NCBI GenBank assembly: GCA_024231215.1
Contig: JAAEQR010000142.1
Span: forward strand, 100,593-164,592
DNA from: PVC group bacterium
GTDB lineage: Bacteria; Omnitrophota; Gorgyraeia; B26-G9
Length of the DNA: 64,000 nt
Direction of reading: 5' to 3'
The notes beneath the pieces are model-generated. The model saw only the letters and a list, made by a program, of their open reading frames with translations, did not search any database and was not told the DNA's origin. The position numbers were made by a program, and so were the translations under genes. Shown here piece after piece: positions 31,234 through 42,494 of the stretch; position 1 is the first letter of the stretch; the number at the start of each line of letters is the position of its first letter.

Positions 31234-31803
31234 ATGAAAAACAATATTATCACAAGCATTACAGATTCAATTAAAGTGAAAGAGAAAATGCTTTCTGCTT
31301 TAATACCCGAGATTGAACATACCGCAAAAACAATAATTAAAGCATACAAAAAGAAAAAGAAAGTCTTAATTTTCGGTAACGGTGGAAGTGCCGCAGATAG
31401 TCAGCACATTGCAGCTGAACTTGTCGGTCGATTTAAAAAAGAAAGACAGGCATGGCCGGCAATAGCATTAACCACAAATACCTCGATTTTAACGGCTTTG
31501 GCTAACGATTATTCTTATGATTGTATTTTCGAACGGCAAATAGAGGCTTTGGGAAACAAAGGAGATATCGCCATCGGCATTTCAACCAGTGGCAAAGCTC
31601 CAAATGTTATTGCCGGGTTTAAAAAAGCACGCAAACAAGGGCTTACCTGCATCGCGTTAACCGGACAAAAAGGAAGTAACTTAAAAAAACTAACGGATAT
31701 CTGCCTCATGGCACCAGCTAAAGATACTCCAAGAATTCAGGAAGCACATATTTTAATCGCACACATTATCTGTGATCTTGTCGAAAAAGATCTTACATCA
31801 TGA
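31234..31803 (+). CDS. gmhA: D-sedoheptulose 7-phosphate isomerase (SIS domain)
   Basis: 189 aa; SIS motifs (IFGNGGSAADSQH, GISTSGKAPNVI). Confidence 0.8.
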   Translation: MKNNIITSITDSIKVKEKMLSALIPEIEHTAKTIIKAYKKKKKVLIFGNGGSAADSQHIAAELVGRFKKERQAWPAIALTTNTSILTALANDYSYDCIFERQIEALGNKGDIAIGISTSGKAPNVIAGFKKARKQGLTCIALTGQKGSNLKKLTDICLMAPAKDTPRIQEAHILIAHIICDLVEKDLTS

Positions 31804-32285
31804 TAAAAAAGAAAATAAAAACTATCAGCTCTTTAAAAAAAATAATTGCATCGCTTAAAAAAAACGGTAAAAAGATAGTTTTCACCAACGGTTGTTTTGA
31901 TATAATCCATTCCGGACATGCACTGTATCTGGAAGAAGCAAAAAAACTAGGTGATCATCTTATTGTCGCCTTAAATAGCGATGCTTCAGTAAAAAAAATA
32001 AAAGGAAAATCGCGGCCCATTGTCGGGGAAAAAGAACGGGCCACTGTAATTGCCGCTTTAGAAAGCGTTGATTTTGTTGTGATTTTTAACGAAACAACAC
32101 CGCTTTCTCTTATAGAAAAACTTACTCCTGATGTACTGGTAAAAGGCTCTGATTGGAAACAAGGTAAAATCGTCGGAGCAGACCATGTAATACGTTGCGG
32201 AGGCAAGGTGAAAAGCGCGAAATTCATTCAAGGATGTTCAACAACTCAACTCATTAAAAAAATTGTCAAAAAAAGCAGTAACTAA
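31800..32285 (+). CDS. D-glycero-beta-D-manno-heptose 1-phosphate adenylyltransferase (RfaE/HldE domain II-like cytidylyltransferase)
   Basis: 161 aa; nucleotidyltransferase HxGH motif (FTNGCFDIIHSGH) and ...IKGKSRPIV...; adjacent to gmhA. Confidence 0.8.
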   Translation: MIKKKIKTISSLKKIIASLKKNGKKIVFTNGCFDIIHSGHALYLEEAKKLGDHLIVALNSDASVKKIKGKSRPIVGEKERATVIAALESVDFVVIFNETTPLSLIEKLTPDVLVKGSDWKQGKIVGADHVIRCGGKVKSAKFIQGCSTTQLIKKIVKKSSN

Positions 32286-32712
32286 TAAATCTTTTTTCCG
32301 TCTTATTGATGCCAATAGCAACCGGCTAAGAGAAGGATTGCGTGTACTTGAAGATATCGTCAGATTTATTATAGATGATGGAAAATTAACCGTCGGATTT
32401 AAAAATATCCGCCATGAACTTACCCGCTGTCTCAAGCAAACAGCGGTGGTAAAAAATCTAGATACACTACAACACAGACAAGTGCAAAAAGATGTAGGGA
32501 AGGGATCAATTCCTCTTGAGTTCCAGAGGAAAAATGTTCTGGATATCTTTCTTGCTAATGCACAACGAGCAAAAGAATCGATCAGAGTTTTGGAGGAATT
32601 TTTTAAAATTCTCGATAAAACAACTGCTTTACAACTGAAGAAATTGCGGTACAAAATATATTCATTAGAGCAACGTTCTGTTGAAAAACTTATGAATATA
32701 CGCAAGCATTGA
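32263..32712 (+). CDS. conserved hypothetical protein immediately upstream of thiC
   Basis: 149-aa ORF overlapping the upstream gene end; LIDANSNRLREGLRVLEDI motif looks familiar from thiamine-gene neighbourhoods but I cannot name the family. Confidence 0.45.
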   Translation: MSKKAVTNKSFFRLIDANSNRLREGLRVLEDIVRFIIDDGKLTVGFKNIRHELTRCLKQTAVVKNLDTLQHRQVQKDVGKGSIPLEFQRKNVLDIFLANAQRAKESIRVLEEFFKILDKTTALQLKKLRYKIYSLEQRSVEKLMNIRKH

Positions 32713-32748
32713 CAAAGACCACAAAACAAGGGGAATTTTAAACAAACA

Positions 32749-34032
32749 ATGAAAACTCTAATTGAAAACGCACGCTCCGGGAAGATAACTCCGTTAATCA
32801 AAACGGTAGCAAAAAAAGAAAACATCTCACAAAAAATATTAGCTAAACTTATCGCCGAAGGGAAAGTAGTTATCCCGGCCAATTCCGGCAGAGATATTTT
32901 AACCCCATGCGGAATAGGCAAGTCCCTGCAAGTAAAAATAAACGCTAATCTGGGGACATCTCCTGATAAGTCTAACTTAAAAGATGAGATTAAAAAATTA
33001 AAAACCGCAATACAGTTTGGTGCCGATACAGTCATGGACCTGAGTGTCGGAGGAGACATCAAAAAAGTACAAAAATACCTACTAAAACACTCAAGCATCC
33101 CTTTGGGCACAGTACCTATTTATGAAGCAACTATTCACGCAACAAAAAAATACGGGTCATTTCTAAAAATGACCCGGGACGATATCTTAGATGTCCTTAC
33201 AAGTCAAGCGAAAAACGGGGTTGATTTTTTCACAATACACTCTGGAGTAACAAAAAAAACATTGCAAAGCCTGAAACAATCCCCACGACTCATGGGAATT
33301 GTCAGCCGGGGCGGAGCAATAACAGCTAGCTGGATAACAAAAAATAAAAAAGAAAATCCACTTTTTGAATACTTTGACGATGTTATCCAGATCGCTAAGA
33401 AATACGATATCACATTAAGTCTAGGCGATGGATTACGTCCAGGCGCAATATCTGACGCAACAGATAAATCCCAGATTGAGGAACTAAAGCTTTTAGGGTT
33501 CTTGGCAAAAAAAGCCCTCAGAGCCGGAGTCCAGGTAATGATTGAAGGACCGGGACATGTACCCATAAATCAAATTCAAAAAAACATTGAATTACAAAAA
33601 CGCTATTGTAATGAAGCCCCGTTCTATGTATTAGGGCCATTGGTCACAGATTCGGGGATGGGATACGATCATATTACTGCAGCAATCGGTTCTAGTATAG
33701 CCGCCTATCATGGCGCTGATTTCATCTGTTTTGTTACTCCGGCAGAACATGTAAAACTTCCTGATTTAGAGGACATAAAATTAGGTGTAATTGCCAGCCG
33801 GATTGCCGCACACAGCGCTGATTTAGCAAAAGGAAATAAAACAGCCTGGGCAAAAGACACAGCAATAAGCAAAGCACGAAAAAAAAGAAACTGGATAAAA
33901 CAAATAGAGATGTCTTTAGATCCGCATAAGATCAAGCAAGAAAGAGCCGCGTCTAAACCTAAAACTACTGATGTGTGCACCATGTGCGGAGAATTTTGTT
34001 CAATGAAATTAATGGATAGTTTAAAAATTTAA
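32749..34032 (+). CDS. thiC: phosphomethylpyrimidine synthase
   Basis: 427 aa; ThiC core (MIEGPGHVP, FYVLGPLVTD) and C-terminal CTMCGEFCSMK Fe-S motif. Confidence 0.93.
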   Translation: MKTLIENARSGKITPLIKTVAKKENISQKILAKLIAEGKVVIPANSGRDILTPCGIGKSLQVKINANLGTSPDKSNLKDEIKKLKTAIQFGADTVMDLSVGGDIKKVQKYLLKHSSIPLGTVPIYEATIHATKKYGSFLKMTRDDILDVLTSQAKNGVDFFTIHSGVTKKTLQSLKQSPRLMGIVSRGGAITASWITKNKKENPLFEYFDDVIQIAKKYDITLSLGDGLRPGAISDATDKSQIEELKLLGFLAKKALRAGVQVMIEGPGHVPINQIQKNIELQKRYCNEAPFYVLGPLVTDSGMGYDHITAAIGSSIAAYHGADFICFVTPAEHVKLPDLEDIKLGVIASRIAAHSADLAKGNKTAWAKDTAISKARKKRNWIKQIEMSLDPHKIKQERAASKPKTTDVCTMCGEFCSMKLMDSLKI

Positions 34033-34048
34033 TAATAACCAAAGAAAT

Positions 34049-34122
34049 GCGGGCGTAGTTCAGTGGCAGAACATCAGCTTCCCAAGCTGAATACGAGGGT
34101 TCGATTCCCTTCGCCCGCTCCA
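34049..34122 (+). tRNA. tRNA-Gly (anticodon CCC)
   Basis: 74-nt cloverleaf folded by hand: acceptor GCGGGCG/CGCCCGC, anticodon loop TTCCCAA, T-loop GGTTCGATTCC, encoded CCA. Confidence 0.85.
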
Positions 34123-34131
34123 ATACCCTTG

Positions 34132-34872
34132 ATGAATACAGAAAATAAAATTACTTCTTTCAAGGATGAAGCAGTACTTTTTAAGGATAAACATAATAAA
34201 ATAATAGTCTATAGTCTAGTCTTAGGGCTATTTCTGTCTGGATGTAGTACTCCGCACAAACGGATAACATCAAGGCCTGAACCAACTATATACATCAAAA
34301 CAGACCTTCCTGGAACATATCATAGCGTTAAAAGGGGAGAGACCTTATGGCGCATCAGCCGAATATATCAAATTGATCTTTCAATGCTGGTTGATTTCAA
34401 CAAAATCCCTAACGCATCAAAACTTAAAATCGGACAAAAAATATTTATTCCTGATTCATTACGACAAACTAACAACATCAAAGCCTCCGATGATTTTGAC
34501 GAGCATTTTTATTGGCCGACAAAAGGAACTATCGCTAGTTATTTTTCGCAAATAAAACAGCATGTCAAAAATCAGGGGATTGATATTTATGCAAAACACG
34601 GCGCACCTGTATATGCAGCAACACATGGGAAAGTAATTTTTACATCAAACAATATGCGCGGCTATGGGAGAACAATCATTATTAAGCATAATAACCTTTT
34701 TAGCTCTGTATATTCATCAAATAAAGAAAACATCGTTACCTCTGGAGACTATGTAACCCAGGGGCAAGTTATTGCATATGCAGGAACCAGCGGAAGAACA
34801 AACCAGTGCATCGTACATTTTGAATTGCGAAAAAACAACAAACCGCAAAACCCGTTATACTATTTGCCGTAG
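34132..34872 (+). CDS. LysM + M23 peptidase lipoprotein (NlpD-like)
   Basis: The ORF opens inside the tRNA, so the start is placed at the first ATG after it (34132). Lipobox-like LFLSGCS; LysM (YHSVKRGETLWRISRIY...GQKIFIP); M23 motifs (GIDIY...GAPVYAATHGKV, HFEL). Confidence 0.8.
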   Translation: MNTENKITSFKDEAVLFKDKHNKIIVYSLVLGLFLSGCSTPHKRITSRPEPTIYIKTDLPGTYHSVKRGETLWRISRIYQIDLSMLVDFNKIPNASKLKIGQKIFIPDSLRQTNNIKASDDFDEHFYWPTKGTIASYFSQIKQHVKNQGIDIYAKHGAPVYAATHGKVIFTSNNMRGYGRTIIIKHNNLFSSVYSSNKENIVTSGDYVTQGQVIAYAGTSGRTNQCIVHFELRKNNKPQNPLYYLP

Positions 34873-34884
34873 GATAAAACTGTT

Positions 34885-36507
34885 ATGGTATTTAAAACAA
34901 AATCAAAAACTGAATTTTTTGCACGTCAGGAGATACTTAATCTCTTGTTAAAAAGGGTAGAAGCCTCTAAGTGCCGCTATCGCCAGAACATTGCGCTGCT
35001 GGGAAACCAGAGTTTAGGCAAAACATCCCTTATTTTTGAACTATTACGAATTTCTAAAAACCCGGACATTATCCCTATTTATCTGGACGTAAAACCCAAA
35101 TCCATAGAAGCTCTAGCGCAAAATTTTATAGGCGTACTCCTTTATCAATACCTCAGTTTAGAAGAAGATATTTTAGAAGATAATTTGGATTTTCTAATCA
35201 AAAACAGTCGAACTAAAATACCTAAAACAATTCAGCAAATCAACCAAATCAGGAAGTTACTAAAAGAAAAAAAACATGCTGATGAGATATACTCTCTATT
35301 ACTTGATCTTCCTCAGACCATTCACGAAGAAACACAGAAAACAATCCTTTTGATTTTTGATGAGTTTCATAATATCGACAGTTTAGGCCTACGCAACCCA
35401 TTTCTTGAACTTAGTAATAAAATTATGGTGCAAAAACATACAATGTACATTGTAGTCAGTTCCGCTGTTCACAGCGCACAACTGATTCTTTCTGAAAAAT
35501 TAAGCTTATTGTTCGGAAATTTTGAAATTGTAAACCTTGAACCTTTTAATGAGACTATCGCAAAAACATTTATTGATAATAAACTGCAAAACATACAAAT
35601 ACGTTCTGCTTTTAAAAACTTCATCATTCAATTTACGGGCGGCTATCCTTTTTACTTAGATGCAATTACGGAACAGCTTAAGACCGTCTGTCTCGATAAT
35701 GACTGTAAAAATATTTCCGAAAAGATACTGCTTTCAAGCCTCTTTGAGACAATGTACAAGGACCACGGAATATTAAACCAATTTTTCAATAATAAATATT
35801 ATCGCCTGTTAAATAACGGTCACATGAATATATTCCCGGAGATTCTCTTAGCCATCGCTACCGGTTGCAGGAAACCATCGCAAATAACCACCAGGCTCAA
35901 CCGGAAAACCAGAGATATTAACAAATATTTAAATAAGCTTATGCAGATGGATATTATCAGTAAAAAAGGAGTATTCAATTACATTAACGACCCACTTTTT
36001 GAAAACTGGCTAAAACATGTCCTGCAAAAAAAACAACATTCATTTAACATTAATGTGCATCTTGCAGCGCAAAAATTTGAGGAGGATATCCTGCAAAGTT
36101 TAACGACTTTCATTGATGAATCTAAAAAAGATGTTCCCCAAAGACTAAAAGAAATTTTTACAATGTTCGAAAATGACATAATTGAATTGGATAAAAAAAG
36201 GTTTATGTTGACACGATTCGATGAAATAGATATAAAAGATAATAATACTATAAGCATGGTAAGAGCACGGCGTGCCAATAAACACTGGCGTTGTTATATT
36301 GAAAAAGACTTTATAGACGAATTGAAAATTAACGAAGTACTATCCGATACAAAAAGAAAAGATTGTATAAAAAAGATCCTGATTGCTCTAAAAGGGATTG
36401 ATGTTAATGCAAGATTAAAAGCCTTAGAAGCACGTATGTGGATATGGGACCAAAACATTCTTAACCAACTTTTAACCTTATTTGAAAAACCGAGGTTTAT
36501 GAAATGA
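34885..36507 (+). CDS. P-loop ATPase of the Arch_ATPase / DUF234-like family
   Basis: 540 aa; Walker A GNQSLGKTS and Walker B-like ILLIFDEFH; architecture typical of the 'archaeal ATPase' family found adjacent to DUF234. Confidence 0.6.
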   Translation: MVFKTKSKTEFFARQEILNLLLKRVEASKCRYRQNIALLGNQSLGKTSLIFELLRISKNPDIIPIYLDVKPKSIEALAQNFIGVLLYQYLSLEEDILEDNLDFLIKNSRTKIPKTIQQINQIRKLLKEKKHADEIYSLLLDLPQTIHEETQKTILLIFDEFHNIDSLGLRNPFLELSNKIMVQKHTMYIVVSSAVHSAQLILSEKLSLLFGNFEIVNLEPFNETIAKTFIDNKLQNIQIRSAFKNFIIQFTGGYPFYLDAITEQLKTVCLDNDCKNISEKILLSSLFETMYKDHGILNQFFNNKYYRLLNNGHMNIFPEILLAIATGCRKPSQITTRLNRKTRDINKYLNKLMQMDIISKKGVFNYINDPLFENWLKHVLQKKQHSFNINVHLAAQKFEEDILQSLTTFIDESKKDVPQRLKEIFTMFENDIIELDKKRFMLTRFDEIDIKDNNTISMVRARRANKHWRCYIEKDFIDELKINEVLSDTKRKDCIKKILIALKGIDVNARLKALEARMWIWDQNILNQLLTLFEKPRFMK

Positions 36508-36986
36508 AAATTGGCGTTATTTCGGATACACATATACCAATCAATTGCGATAAATTACCGCAAAACATTGCCAAACACTTCAAAGATATCGATATGATCA
36601 TCCATGCCGGAGATCTTGTCTCAACAGACGTTATTTCTCTGCTTGAGGAATTTACAAAAAATATAGTTGCCGTAGCCGGAAACATGGACTGCCATGACGT
36701 TCAAGAAAAATTCCCGCCAAAAACAACAATAACCGCCGGGAAATATAAGATCGGCGTTGTACATGGTTGGGGACCGCCAAGCACATTACCTAAACGTATG
36801 CTTGATGAATTCAAAGGAGTAGATATTATTATATTCGGACATTCGCATCGCCCCTGTAACGAAGAAATAGATGGTGTCTTACTATTTAATCCAGGCAGCC
36901 CTACCGATAAGATATATGCTGAATATAATTCTATTGGCATCCTGGAATTAAACGGCAAAAAGAAGGGAACAATCATAAAGCTATGA
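36504..36986 (+). CDS. metallophosphoesterase, YfcE/MJ0936 family
   Basis: 160 aa; GVISDTH, HAGD, GNMD, FGHSH motifs. Confidence 0.8.
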   Translation: MKIGVISDTHIPINCDKLPQNIAKHFKDIDMIIHAGDLVSTDVISLLEEFTKNIVAVAGNMDCHDVQEKFPPKTTITAGKYKIGVVHGWGPPSTLPKRMLDEFKGVDIIIFGHSHRPCNEEIDGVLLFNPGSPTDKIYAEYNSIGILELNGKKKGTIIKL

Positions 36987-37468
36987 AAAATCAACAGCAG
37001 AACAATCTACTCTGGGCTCCATGGCGAATAAATTATATTCAAGGCAAAAAAACTCCCGGATGTATTCTATGCAAAGCCCCGAAACAAAAAAACGACGAAA
37101 AAGTTCATATAATTACCCGGGCCAAGGATGCCTACACAATGCTCAATACCTTTCCTTACAATAACGGACATATGATGGTCATCCCTTACCGTCATGTAGC
37201 TAATCTGGAAGACCTAAAAGATCAGGAATTAAAAGAAATAATGAGCCTGGTAAAAGCTTCGGTAAAACTACTCAAAAAACATTTACGTCCCCAGGGATTT
37301 AACATCGGAATCAATCTGGGCAAAGCCGCCGGTGCCGGTATTGATAAACACCTTCACGTTCATATCGTACCACGCTGGAACGGTGATACTAATTTTATGC
37401 CGGCAGTATCTAAAACTAAAGTAATCTCACAATCACTTAACGAATTATATAGGGTATTAAAATCATGA
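36983..37468 (+). CDS. HIT-family (histidine triad) nucleotide hydrolase/transferase
   Basis: 161 aa; [10 protein letters not shown] histidine triad; Cys motif CILC near the N-terminus. Confidence 0.8.
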   Translation: MKNQQQNNLLWAPWRINYIQGKKTPGCILCKAPKQKNDEKVHIITRAKDAYTMLNTFPYNNGHMMVIPYRHVANLEDLKDQELKEIMSLVKASVKLLKKHLRPQGFNIGINLGKAAGAGIDKHLHVHIVPRWNGDTNFMPAVSKTKVISQSLNELYRVLKS

Positions 37469-39003
37469 AAGAACTTATTATTATCATCGATTTTGGATCA
37501 CAATACAGCCAGTTAATTGCAAGAAGAGTGCGTGAATATAATGTCTACTGTGAAATATATCCGCCTAACATCACCGCAGAAAAAATCAAAAAACTATCTC
37601 CGCAAGGAATAATTTTTTCAGGCGGACCATCAAGCCTTACCCAGAAACATGCCCCGCGCTGCGATAAAGCGATATTTAAACTGGAAATACCAATTTTAGG
37701 AATTTGCTACGGGATGCAACTTATAGCACACCACTTCAAAGGCACAGTAGGCAAATCCTCAGCCCGGGAATATGGAAAGACCGAACTCTACATAGATACA
37801 TCTAAACAACTTTTTTCAGGGCTAGGAAAAAAAATTATCACCTGGATGAGCCATGAAGATAAGGTGAAAAAGCTTCCTAAAGACTTTCTGGCCCTGGCGC
37901 ATACTTGCAATTCGAAAATTGCCAGTTTTGCCCATAAAAAACGCCCTATCTTTGGGCTTCAGTTTCACCCGGAAGTAGTTCACACTCCGAAGGGGAAAAT
38001 AATACTAAAGAATTTTCTCTTCAAAGTCTGCGGAGCTAAAGGACTCTGGACCATGCAGTCTTTCATAAAAGAATCCATTTCTCAGATACGAGAAAAAGTA
38101 CAAGACGACTCTGTTGTCTTAGGCTTAAGCGGGGGAGTAGACTCTTCGGTCGGAGCAGTGCTTCTGCACAAAGCGCTGGGAAAACGCCTGCACTGCATTT
38201 TCGTAAATAACGGATTGCTTCGCAGTCAGGAAGCAGAAAAAGTGAAAAACACATTCAAAAAACATTATAGAATGAATTTCCATTATGTTAACGCAGAAAA
38301 ACTATTTTTAAAACAATTAAAAGGTGTTACCGATCCGGAAAAAAAACGCAAAATTATCGGTAAATTATTTATCCATGTTTTTGAAACAGAAGCTAAAAAA
38401 CTAAAAAACATAAAATATCTGGCACAGGGAACTCTCTATCCGGACGTAATTGAAAGTCAATCTGTATTTGGCGGACCATCCGCGGTAATTAAAAGCCATC
38501 ATAATGTCGGAGGACTGCCGAAAAAAATGCAATTAAAATTAATCGAACCTTTGCGTTTTCTTTTTAAAGATGAAGTCCGGCTTCTCGGCAAAGCATTAAG
38601 AGTACCTGAGGCAATCATCAATCGTCACCCATTTCCCGGGCCGGGCCTGGCTATAAGAATTCTTGGATCAATAACTAAAGAACGGCTTGATGTCCTGCGT
38701 CAGGCAGATAAACGCTTTATCGAAGAATTGAAAAATGCTGGACTATATAACAAAGTCTGGCAAGCATTAAGTGTCTTACTACCGGTTAAAAGTGTCGGGG
38801 TCATGGGGGATGAAAGAACATATGAGAATACAATTGCCTTACGTGCAGTTACCAGTGTAGACGGAATGACCGCAGACTGGGCAAAACTCCCGATGAAGGT
38901 ATTAGAAACAGTTTCTAATCGAATTATTAATGAAGTAAAAGGTGTTAACCGGGTTGTTTATGATATTAGCTCAAAACCTCCCGCGACAATAGAATGGGAA
39001 TAA
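37465..39003 (+). CDS. guaA: GMP synthase (glutamine-hydrolysing)
   Basis: 512 aa; GATase (GICYGMQ), PP-loop SGGVDSSV, C-terminal dimerisation domain. Confidence 0.93.
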   Translation: MKELIIIIDFGSQYSQLIARRVREYNVYCEIYPPNITAEKIKKLSPQGIIFSGGPSSLTQKHAPRCDKAIFKLEIPILGICYGMQLIAHHFKGTVGKSSAREYGKTELYIDTSKQLFSGLGKKIITWMSHEDKVKKLPKDFLALAHTCNSKIASFAHKKRPIFGLQFHPEVVHTPKGKIILKNFLFKVCGAKGLWTMQSFIKESISQIREKVQDDSVVLGLSGGVDSSVGAVLLHKALGKRLHCIFVNNGLLRSQEAEKVKNTFKKHYRMNFHYVNAEKLFLKQLKGVTDPEKKRKIIGKLFIHVFETEAKKLKNIKYLAQGTLYPDVIESQSVFGGPSAVIKSHHNVGGLPKKMQLKLIEPLRFLFKDEVRLLGKALRVPEAIINRHPFPGPGLAIRILGSITKERLDVLRQADKRFIEELKNAGLYNKVWQALSVLLPVKSVGVMGDERTYENTIALRAVTSVDGMTADWAKLPMKVLETVSNRIINEVKGVNRVVYDISSKPPATIEWE

Positions 39004-39025
39004 GCATATTTTCTAAGGAGAGAAA

Positions 39026-42000
39026 ATGAAACACACTGATTTTGTTCACCTGCATGTACATACTCAATATAGTCTTTTAGACGGAGCCTGCCAACTACCT
39101 AAACTCATCGATTTAGCACAAACCATGAATATGCCTGCAGTATGCATTACTGATCACGGTAATATCTTCGGAGCGATTGAATTCTATATTGAAGCAATGA
39201 AAAAGGGACTCAAACCAATCATTGGCTGTGAAACTTATGTTGCGAAAACAAGCCGTTTTAAAAAAATAGAAGCCGGGGTAAGAGAACCATCTCACCATCT
39301 CACACTACTTGTAAAAAACGAAGAAGGGTATAGAAACTTAATCCGGCTTATCTCCATAGCATACATGGAAGGTTTTTATTATAAACCCAGAATAGATAAA
39401 GAAGTGTTGAATAAATATGGAAAGGGGCTCGTCGCCCTTTCCGGATGTCTAAAAGGAGAAATCGCCTCATTAATCACAGAAGGCAAAGAAAAAGAAGCCT
39501 TTTCAACCGCGCAAGAATACCGCGACTTATTTGAAAAAGAAAGCTTTTTTCTGGAACTAATGGATCAGGGGATAATCCAACAAAAAAAAGTTAATCGTAC
39601 GCTTTTAAAAATAGGCCGCGAACTGGACATACCCGTAGTAGCTACTAATGACGTACATTATTTAAAAAAAGAAATGTCTCATGCGCATGAAGTACTTTTA
39701 TGCATCCAAACTCAAACCAACCTGGACAACCCCAACCGGATGAAGTTATCAACTAATGAATTCTACTTTAAATCTGCCGAAGAAATGAAAAAAATATTCT
39801 CCGAGGTTCCCGAAGCTATTTCTAATACAATCAGAATAACTGAGATGTGCAACCTGGAAATTGATTTTGATACAACGCATCTACCGCATTACAAACTGCC
39901 GGCAGGAACCAAAGCAATTAATGTTCTTCGTGACGAGTGTCTAAAGGTAATTCCCCATAGATACCCGCAAGATACTGAATCCGCACTCGAAAGACTAAAA
40001 ATAGAAATATCAGTTATTAAAAACTCGGGATTCGCTAGTTATTTTTTAATTGTTTCAGACTTCGTACAATTCGCCAAAAACAATAATATTCCGGTCGGCC
40101 CCGGAAGAGGATCTGCCGCAGGCAGTATTGTCAGTTATCTTACCGGGATCACGGAGATTGATCCTTTAAAATACGATCTCCTTTTTGAAAGATTTTTAAA
40201 TCCGGAACGTGTTACATTCCCGGATATTGATATAGATTTTTGTTACGAAAGACGAGACGAAGTTATTCGATATGTTACAGAAAAATACGGCAAAGATAAT
40301 GTAGCCCAAATTATTACTTTTGGAACCATGGCCGCAAAAGGTGTCTTAAGGGATGTCGGCAGAGTAATGGGAATACCTTATACAGATGTTGACAAAATAG
40401 CTAAACTCATTCCGGCAGATCCCAATATAACACTTTCTCAAGCCGTAGAAACAGAACCGGAATTAAAACTGCTCTATAAGTCCGATAAAACCATAAAAGA
40501 ACTGATTAACACTTCTTATGTGCTGGAGGGACTAACAAGACACGCTTCTACACATGCAGCCGGGGTAGTTATAAGTGATGAACCCCTCTACGAGCATATC
40601 CCGCTGTTTAAATCCTCTGAAGGACAAATAACTACCGGTTTCACAATGAAGTCATTGGAAAAAATCGGACTTCTAAAAATGGACTTTCTGGGATTAAAAA
40701 CACTTACCGTTATTAATGAAGCCCTAAAAATCATTAAACGCACAAAAAACATCGAGATTGATATCCCAAACATCAATCTCGATGATAAAAAAACTTTTAA
40801 GTTATTCTGCAAAGCACAAACTGCCGGAGTATTCCAGCTTGAAAGTTCCGGGATGAGAGAACTATTAAAGAAATTAAAACCGGACAAGTTTGAAGATATA
40901 ACCGCACTTCTTGCTCTATACAGACCAGGTCCTCTGGGCAGTGGTATGGTTGATGACTTTATTAATCGAAAGAGAAAAGGAGCAAAAGTCCGTTACGATC
41001 ACCCGCTTTTAGAACCGGTTTTAAAAGATACCTACGGGATCATTCTCTACCAGGAACAAGTCATGCGTATTACCAATGTTCTAGCTGGTTTTTCACTCGC
41101 CCAGGCTGATCTACTGCGCCGGGCAATCGGAAAGAAAATTCCGGAAGTTATTGAAAACCAAAGGAAAACTTTTATAGACGGAGCATTAAAGAACAAGATT
41201 AATCAAAAAATAGCCGAAAAAGTATTTGATCTAATTGAATATTTCGCCGGCTATGGATTTAATAAAAGCCATTCTGCGGCCTACGCTATGATTTCCTATC
41301 AAACCGCATTTTTAAAAGCAAATTATCCCGTAGAATTCATGGCTGCACTGCTTACTAATGAAAAAGATAACACCGACAAGATAGCCCGTTATATAAATGA
41401 AGCAAAACACATGAAAATCAAAATCCTGCCGCCGGACGTAAATGAAAGCTTTTCCCAATTTACCGTTGTCGGACAGGACTCGATCCGGTTTGGATTATCT
41501 GCTGTCAAAAATGTAGGGGAGGGAGCAGTCGAAGCAATAATTTCAGCCCGAAAAGCAGGCGGCATATTTCATTCACTAATGGAGTTCTGCGAACGAGTTG
41601 ACAATAAATCAGTAAATAAAAAAGTGCTGGAAAGTTTAATTAAATGCGGTGCTTTTTCCAGTTTCAAGCGAAAAAGGGCCCAACTCATGGAAGAATTAGA
41701 AACAACCATGAACCTTGCCGGAGCAGTACAACGTGACAAACAAAACGGACAACTACTACTGTTTGAAACTTCCAATAAAGATACCCACACGCAAATCAAT
41801 GTAGCTGAAGTCGAAGAATGGCCCATGCTGCAATTGCTTTCTTTCGAGAAAATGATGTTAGGATTCTATATTACCGCTCACCCTTTAGACCAATACAAAG
41901 CTGAGCTCAAACGATTTAATATATCCAGCATCAAAGAACTACTTAATACTCGTGATATCAATAATAAAGAAATTATGGTTTCCGGGATTTTAGAAAAAGT

Positions 42001-42469
42001 TAAAATCACCTTTACTAAAAGATCGGCCGAAAAAATGGCAATCATCAGATTAGAAGATATAGAAGATGCCATCGACGTATTAGTTTTTCCGGAAGCATTT
42101 AAAAACAGCTCTCAATATATTGAACAAGACCGTTTAGTTGTTGTAAAAGGAACTCTGGACTCCCGGGAAGATACATCTAAAATCCTGGCTACAGATATTA
42201 TTCCGATAGAAAATGTTTCTGCGACTCTCATAAGTAATATTAATCTCAACATATCAACATTAGCACAAAAACAAAATGCGCTGGCTAAATTAAAAACTGT
42301 TATCCTTGCACACCCCGGAGAAACTCCGGTTCATCTAGCAATGGCTTCTCAGCGGGGGACCACAATAAAAATCAAGGCAGAAGCAAGTGTTTCTGTAAAT
42401 AACATCTTAATTGCCGAGTTAGAAAACATTTTAGGAAAAGAAGATGTTTGTATAATGATCCGAAAATAG
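39026..42469 (+). CDS. dnaE: DNA polymerase III alpha subunit
   Basis: 1147 aa; N-terminal PHP domain (FVHLHVHTQYSLLDG), polymerase core, OB fold. Confidence 0.95.
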   Translation: MKHTDFVHLHVHTQYSLLDGACQLPKLIDLAQTMNMPAVCITDHGNIFGAIEFYIEAMKKGLKPIIGCETYVAKTSRFKKIEAGVREPSHHLTLLVKNEEGYRNLIRLISIAYMEGFYYKPRIDKEVLNKYGKGLVALSGCLKGEIASLITEGKEKEAFSTAQEYRDLFEKESFFLELMDQGIIQQKKVNRTLLKIGRELDIPVVATNDVHYLKKEMSHAHEVLLCIQTQTNLDNPNRMKLSTNEFYFKSAEEMKKIFSEVPEAISNTIRITEMCNLEIDFDTTHLPHYKLPAGTKAINVLRDECLKVIPHRYPQDTESALERLKIEISVIKNSGFASYFLIVSDFVQFAKNNNIPVGPGRGSAAGSIVSYLTGITEIDPLKYDLLFERFLNPERVTFPDIDIDFCYERRDEVIRYVTEKYGKDNVAQIITFGTMAAKGVLRDVGRVMGIPYTDVDKIAKLIPADPNITLSQAVETEPELKLLYKSDKTIKELINTSYVLEGLTRHASTHAAGVVISDEPLYEHIPLFKSSEGQITTGFTMKSLEKIGLLKMDFLGLKTLTVINEALKIIKRTKNIEIDIPNINLDDKKTFKLFCKAQTAGVFQLESSGMRELLKKLKPDKFEDITALLALYRPGPLGSGMVDDFINRKRKGAKVRYDHPLLEPVLKDTYGIILYQEQVMRITNVLAGFSLAQADLLRRAIGKKIPEVIENQRKTFIDGALKNKINQKIAEKVFDLIEYFAGYGFNKSHSAAYAMISYQTAFLKANYPVEFMAALLTNEKDNTDKIARYINEAKHMKIKILPPDVNESFSQFTVVGQDSIRFGLSAVKNVGEGAVEAIISARKAGGIFHSLMEFCERVDNKSVNKKVLESLIKCGAFSSFKRKRAQLMEELETTMNLAGAVQRDKQNGQLLLFETSNKDTHTQINVAEVEEWPMLQLLSFEKMMLGFYITAHPLDQYKAELKRFNISSIKELLNTRDINNKEIMVSGILEKVKITFTKRSAEKMAIIRLEDIEDAIDVLVFPEAFKNSSQYIEQDRLVVVKGTLDSREDTSKILATDIIPIENVSATLISNINLNISTLAQKQNALAKLKTVILAHPGETPVHLAMASQRGTTIKIKAEASVSVNNILIAELENILGKEDVCIMIRK

Positions 42470-42494
42470 CTATAATATCCAAAAGGAGATTATT

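Noticed and set aside
32640-32760. TPP riboswitch expected upstream of thiC
   Set aside because: I looked for the conserved CUGAGA and GGGGUGC / ACCCU elements in the 100-200 nt before thiC and before the small upstream gene and did not find them. thiC here seems to lack a recognisable THI element.
32238-33110. 290-aa minus-strand ORF spanning the rfaE-like gene end, the small upstream gene and the thiC start
   Set aside because: It is antisense to three plus-strand genes with clear homology (HxGH nucleotidyltransferase, ThiC). Its translation is low-complexity and Cys/Phe-rich with no motifs. It is most likely a chance open frame.
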